Origin: Alphaproteobacteria bacterium
GTDB taxonomy: Bacteria > Pseudomonadota > Alphaproteobacteria > UBA828
NCBI GenBank assembly: GCA_963667705.1
Contig: OY763937.1
Span: 1,354,948 to 1,418,947 of the forward strand
Direction: 5' to 3'
DNA length: 64,000 bases
Part shown: piece by piece, positions 60,364 through 64,000 of the stretch
How the letters are laid out: every line of letters begins with the position of its first letter
Position numbering within the stretch: the stretch's first letter is position 1
Program-made: the position numbers and the translations under genes
Notes under the pieces: model-generated
What the model was told of the DNA's origin: nothing
What the model saw: the letters and a program-made list of their open reading frames with translations, nothing else
Database searches by the model: none

Positions 60364-62430
60364 ATGACCCGCGATCCCCGTTTCGACGTCCTCTTCGAGC
60401 CCGTGCAGATCGGCCCGGTGACGGCGCGCAACCGCTTCTTCCAGGTGCCGCACTGCAGCGGCATGGGCCACCTGCTGCCGCGCTCCGACGCCGCCATGCG
60501 CAGCATGAAGGCCGAGGGTGGATGGGCCGTCGTCTGCACCGAGCAGTGCTCCTTTCACCCCCATGCCGAGGCCGCGCCGTACCCCGAGACCAAGCTGTGG
60601 GATCAGGACGACGTCATCCGCATGCGGCACTGGACCGATGCGATCAAGGCGCACGGCGCCCTCGCCGGCACCGAGATCGTCAGCAACGCCTCTGCGCTCG
60701 CCAACTACTACAGCCGGGAGATTCCGCTCGGGCCGTCGCACACGCCGGTCACCTACAGCCCCGACCCGGTGCAGGCGCGCGCCATGGACCTCGACGACAT
60801 CCGCGAATTCCGCCGCTGGCACCGCGACGGCATCCTGCGCGCGAGGGATGCGGGCTTCGACCTGATCTACGTCTATTGCGGCCACGACATCGCCATGCCG
60901 ATGGACTTCCTCTCGCGCCGCCGCAACCGCCGCACTGACGCCTACGGCGGCTGCCTGGAGAACCGCGTCAGGCTGCTGCGCGAGCTGCTGGAGGACACGG
61001 TGGAGGCGGTGGGCGGCAGCGTGGCGATCGGGCTGCGCTTCGCCACCGACGAGATGCTCGGCCCCGACGGCATCACCTGGGAGGACGAGGGCTGCAGGGT
61101 GGTCGAGATGCTGGCCGACCTGCCCGACCTCTGGGACGTGAACGTCAGCGACTGGACCCACGATTCCGCGAGCTCGCGCTTCACCTCTGAGGGCTACCAG
61201 GAGCCCTACATCGCCTTCGTGAAGGGTATCGTGAAGAAGCCCGTCGTCTCCGTCGGCCGCTATACCTCGCCGGAGACCATGCTCTCGCTGGTCACGCGCG
61301 GGATCGCCGACTTCGTCGGCTGCGCCCGCCCCTCGATCGCCGACCCCTTCATACCCCGCAAGATCGAGGAGGGGCGCCTCGACGACATCCGCGAGTGCAT
61401 CGGCTGCAACGTCTGCGTCACCGGGCAGCACAAGCAGACGCCGATGCGCTGTACGCAGAACCCGACCGTCGGCGAGGAGTGGCGGCGCGGTTGGCATCCC
61501 GAGAGGATCGAGCCCAGGGGCTCCGACTCCTCGGTGCTGGTGGTGGGCGCCGGGCCGGCCGGCCTCGAATGCGCGCTCGCGCTGGGCCAGCGCGGCTACC
61601 GCGTCGGACTCGCCGAGGCCACGCGCGCGCTCGGCGGCCGCGTCAGCGACGAGTCCGCGCTGCCGGGACTCGCCGAATGGGCGCGGGTGCGGGACTACCG
61701 CACCTACCAGATCGAGAAGCTGCACGACGTGGTCGAGGTCTTCCGCGAGAGCGAGATGACGGCCGAGACGGTGCTCGAGGCCGGCTACCGGCACGTGGCC
61801 GTTGCCACCGGCGCACGCTGGCGCAGGGACGGCATCGGCCGCGCCATCATTGCGGCGCCTGTGCCCGGCAGCGACGGTGCTCACGTGCTCACGCCCAACG
61901 ACCTCTTCGCCGGCACCGTGCCGGCCTCGCCGGTGGTGGTGTTCGACGACGACCACTACTACATGGGCGCCTCGCTCGCGGAGAAGCTCGTGGGCGACGG
62001 CCTCGAGGTCATCCTCGTGACACCCGGTCCGGTGGTCGCGGCCTGGGCCGAGGAGGCGCTCGAGCAGCACGGCATCCAGTCCAACCTCGTCAAGGTCGGC
62101 GTGAGGATCGTCACCGGCCACACGCTCACGCGGATTGATGCGGGCGGGGTGCAGGTGGCGGGCATCTACGGCGAGGGCGAGACATCGCTCGCGTGCGCCT
62201 CGGTCGTGATGGTCACCGCGCGGCTGCCCAACGATGCGCTCTACTACACGCTCAGGGAGGCGCCCGAGCGCCTCGCCGACGCCGGCATCCACTCGGTCAG
62301 GCGGATCGGCGACGCCCTCGGCCCCGGCTTGATCGCCGCCGCGGTGTGGAGCGGACACCGCTACGCCCGCGAGCTGGACGCGCCGCCGCCCGGCGACGTT
62401 CCCTTCAAGCGCGAACTGGTGTTCGTGTGA
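60364..62430 (+). CDS. TMADH-like flavoprotein oxidoreductase, paralog 3
   Basis: FEPVQIGPVTARNRFFQVPHC; CIGCNVCVT; VLVVGAGPAGLECA. 688 aa. Confidence 0.85.
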   Translation: MTRDPRFDVLFEPVQIGPVTARNRFFQVPHCSGMGHLLPRSDAAMRSMKAEGGWAVVCTEQCSFHPHAEAAPYPETKLWDQDDVIRMRHWTDAIKAHGALAGTEIVSNASALANYYSREIPLGPSHTPVTYSPDPVQARAMDLDDIREFRRWHRDGILRARDAGFDLIYVYCGHDIAMPMDFLSRRRNRRTDAYGGCLENRVRLLRELLEDTVEAVGGSVAIGLRFATDEMLGPDGITWEDEGCRVVEMLADLPDLWDVNVSDWTHDSASSRFTSEGYQEPYIAFVKGIVKKPVVSVGRYTSPETMLSLVTRGIADFVGCARPSIADPFIPRKIEEGRLDDIRECIGCNVCVTGQHKQTPMRCTQNPTVGEEWRRGWHPERIEPRGSDSSVLVVGAGPAGLECALALGQRGYRVGLAEATRALGGRVSDESALPGLAEWARVRDYRTYQIEKLHDVVEVFRESEMTAETVLEAGYRHVAVATGARWRRDGIGRAIIAAPVPGSDGAHVLTPNDLFAGTVPASPVVVFDDDHYYMGASLAEKLVGDGLEVILVTPGPVVAAWAEEALEQHGIQSNLVKVGVRIVTGHTLTRIDAGGVQVAGIYGEGETSLACASVVMVTARLPNDALYYTLREAPERLADAGIHSVRRIGDALGPGLIAAAVWSGHRYARELDAPPPGDVPFKRELVFV

Positions 62431-62472
62431 TACGGTTCAACCGACCGGAGACATGAAAGGGAGGTCTCACCG

Positions 62473-63867
62473 ATGAACAGGCCAACGAGCAAAAGCCTGA
62501 AGCCGCTTCTTCTGGCCGCCGTGCTCGTGGTGGGCACGAGCGGGGCGCTGGCGTCGACGGAGGCGTCCGCGTGGTCGCTGGAGGAAGCCGCCAAGCCCTA
62601 CGCCGGCACCGAGGTGCGGGGGATCTGCGACGGCTACTCGCCCTGCCTCGCCTACACCGAGATGGCCAAGAAGTTCGAGGAGCTGACGGGGATCAAGGTG
62701 ATCCTGGAGGTGGCGGACCTCGAGGCGGTCTGGCGCCAGGTGCTGGCCGACCAGCTCACCGGCGGGGAGTACTACGACATCTTTCCCGCCGCCAACAACC
62801 AGACGGTGGCCTTCGCCGCGCCGGGCTTCACCGCCGACCTCAACCAGTTCATGAACGATCCCGCCCTGCGCGATCCCGCGGTCAAGACTGAGGACTTCGT
62901 TCAGGCCCATTTCGAGATTTCGGGCCACTACAACGACGAGCTCGTCTCGGTGCCCTACCACTACCTGCCGCCCTATGCGGCCTACCGCACGAGCATCGCC
63001 AACGACCCGACCGAGCAGGCCAACTTCGAGGCGGCCTACGGCTACGCCATGCCGCTCCCGCCCACGACATGGGAGCAGTTCCGCGATCTCGCCGAGTTCT
63101 TCACCCGGGAGAAGGGCGAGACGCTGGCCGGCCAGACGCTCGAAACGAACTTCTACGGCACGATCGCGGCCTTCAAGCGCCACCTCACGGTCTTCTACGA
63201 CTACGAGCGCATCCTGATCGCGATGGGCGGCGAGTACGTGGACGCGGACCTGAACGTCGCCATCGACCGCGACGACACCGCCGTCAAGGCGCTGCAACTC
63301 ATGCTCGACCTGCGCGCGTTCGCCCCGCCCGGCCATACCGAGGCGACGTGGGACACGGAATATTCCGAGATGTGCAGCGGCAACGTGTTCATGATCTTCA
63401 CCTGGGGCGACACGACGCCCTATCTCGAGATTCCCGGCGATTGCCCGGCCTCGGCCGGCGACATGACCTACTTCCCCCATCCGGGCAACCACGTGACGGC
63501 GGCCTACGGGCAGTCGTGGATGATCCCCAAGAGCGCACAGAACAAGGAGGCCGCCTGGCTCTTCATCCAGTGGCTGCTCACCAGGGAGGTCCAGAACGAG
63601 TGCCTGCCGCTCGGCTGCCTCGCCGTCCGCAGCGACGTGCTCGGCGACCCGCAGTGGCAAGAGGAAGGCTGGGAGAACCGCCAGCGTGAAGCCATCCACA
63701 TCTGGCTGGACGAGAACGGCCTGCTCTACGACCTGCCCAACACGCCCAACTGGTTCGTGTGGCAGGACATCATCATCGAGGAGCTGAGCGCCGCCGGCGC
63801 CGACCAGAAGGATGCGGCATCCGCCATCGCCGACATCGCCCAGCGCATGCGCGAAGCGGTCGAGTAG
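62473..63867 (+). CDS. ABC transporter extracellular solute-binding protein (family 1), likely partner of the 55130-57950 transporter
   Basis: AAGGGAGG Shine-Dalgarno. Signal peptide (KPLLLAAVLVVGTSGALA). 464 aa. Confidence 0.85.
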   Translation: MNRPTSKSLKPLLLAAVLVVGTSGALASTEASAWSLEEAAKPYAGTEVRGICDGYSPCLAYTEMAKKFEELTGIKVILEVADLEAVWRQVLADQLTGGEYYDIFPAANNQTVAFAAPGFTADLNQFMNDPALRDPAVKTEDFVQAHFEISGHYNDELVSVPYHYLPPYAAYRTSIANDPTEQANFEAAYGYAMPLPPTTWEQFRDLAEFFTREKGETLAGQTLETNFYGTIAAFKRHLTVFYDYERILIAMGGEYVDADLNVAIDRDDTAVKALQLMLDLRAFAPPGHTEATWDTEYSEMCSGNVFMIFTWGDTTPYLEIPGDCPASAGDMTYFPHPGNHVTAAYGQSWMIPKSAQNKEAAWLFIQWLLTREVQNECLPLGCLAVRSDVLGDPQWQEEGWENRQREAIHIWLDENGLLYDLPNTPNWFVWQDIIIEELSAAGADQKDAASAIADIAQRMREAVE

Positions 63868-63889
63868 CGATCAGCCGCCTTAACGCGAT

Positions 63890-63912
63890 GGCCCCGCCCA
63901 ATGGGCGGGGCC
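63890..63912. terminator. Bidirectional rho-independent terminator hairpin between convergent genes
   Basis: GGCCCCGCCC-aat-GGGCGGGGCC is a perfect 10-bp stem, followed by a ttctcc run. Confidence 0.5.
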
Positions 63913-63946
63913 ATTCTCCCTGGGCCGGCGCGCCGGCAGCAGCGGG

Positions 63947-64000
63947 TCAGTGCCGGCTCGCCTCGCCGAGCACCGCCGTCTTCATGATCGTGCTGTCGTC
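63947..64000 (-). CDS. 3' end of an unidentified minus-strand gene running off the window
   Basis: The reverse strand reads ...DDSTIMKTAVLGEASRH-stop. Only 17 codons are visible. Confidence 0.3.
   Translation of the reverse strand, partial: DDSTIMKTAVLGEASRH

Overview
This is a high-GC (about 65-70%) proteobacterial chromosomal segment, probably Rhizobiales-like judging by gene content. It has a mosaic structure.

(i) Positions 1-3600. A truncated IS21-family istA remnant sits next to an AT-rich end with a palindrome. A SulP/STAS sulfate permease follows.

(ii) Positions 3600-12100. This is a lower-GC (about 47-55%) defence island. A GmrSD-like Type IV restriction enzyme (DUF262/DUF1524) is transcribed divergently from an MmeI-family Type IIL restriction-modification fusion. 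Eight base pairs downstream of the MmeI-like gene lies a markedly low-GC three-gene cassette. It encodes a nucleoside 2-deoxyribosyltransferase-like protein with the catalytic Glu motif conserved, a DUF2971 protein, and a PD-(D/E)xK-like nuclease-fold protein.

(iii) Positions 12200-22100. This is an integration/regulation module. It contains a vapBC pair, two tandem translationally coupled paralogous tyrosine integrases, and a frameshifted third integrase remnant on the opposite strand. It also contains a DUF4143-type AAA ATPase, an intact higA next to a frameshift-decayed higB, and three paralogous excisionase-like HTH genes whose N-terminal modules are internally duplicated.

(iv) Positions 22545-24905. 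An all-in-one GAF-PAS-HisKA-HATPase-REC-wHTH hybrid sensor kinase.

(v) Positions 25352-31700. A P450 and a Rieske alpha/beta oxygenase pair are followed by a lower-GC candidate RiPP locus. The RiPP precursor has a leader and three near-identical 18-aa Cys-free Gly-rich core repeats (GHPxTGGNFVSAPSxVAA). A radical SAM/SPASM maturase and an acidic hypothetical protein follow.

(vi) Positions 31800-63900. A large catabolic island holds three paralogous TMADH-like (OYE/FMN/4Fe-4S) flavoprotein oxidoreductases and a second Rieske alpha/beta pair. It also encodes a dimethylglycine/sarcosine-dehydrogenase-like fusion, a choline-kinase-like phosphotransferase, and a proline-iminopeptidase-like hydrolase. 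Further genes are hydantoinase A/B, a cupin, an SDR, a phytoene-desaturase-like oxidase, an NCS2-like permease, and two ABC transporters. One transporter is Liv-type, with livH apparently frameshifted; the other is sugar/polyamine-type.

No rRNA, tRNA or CRISPR array was recognised. Many long antisense ORFs in the high-GC parts are judged spurious.
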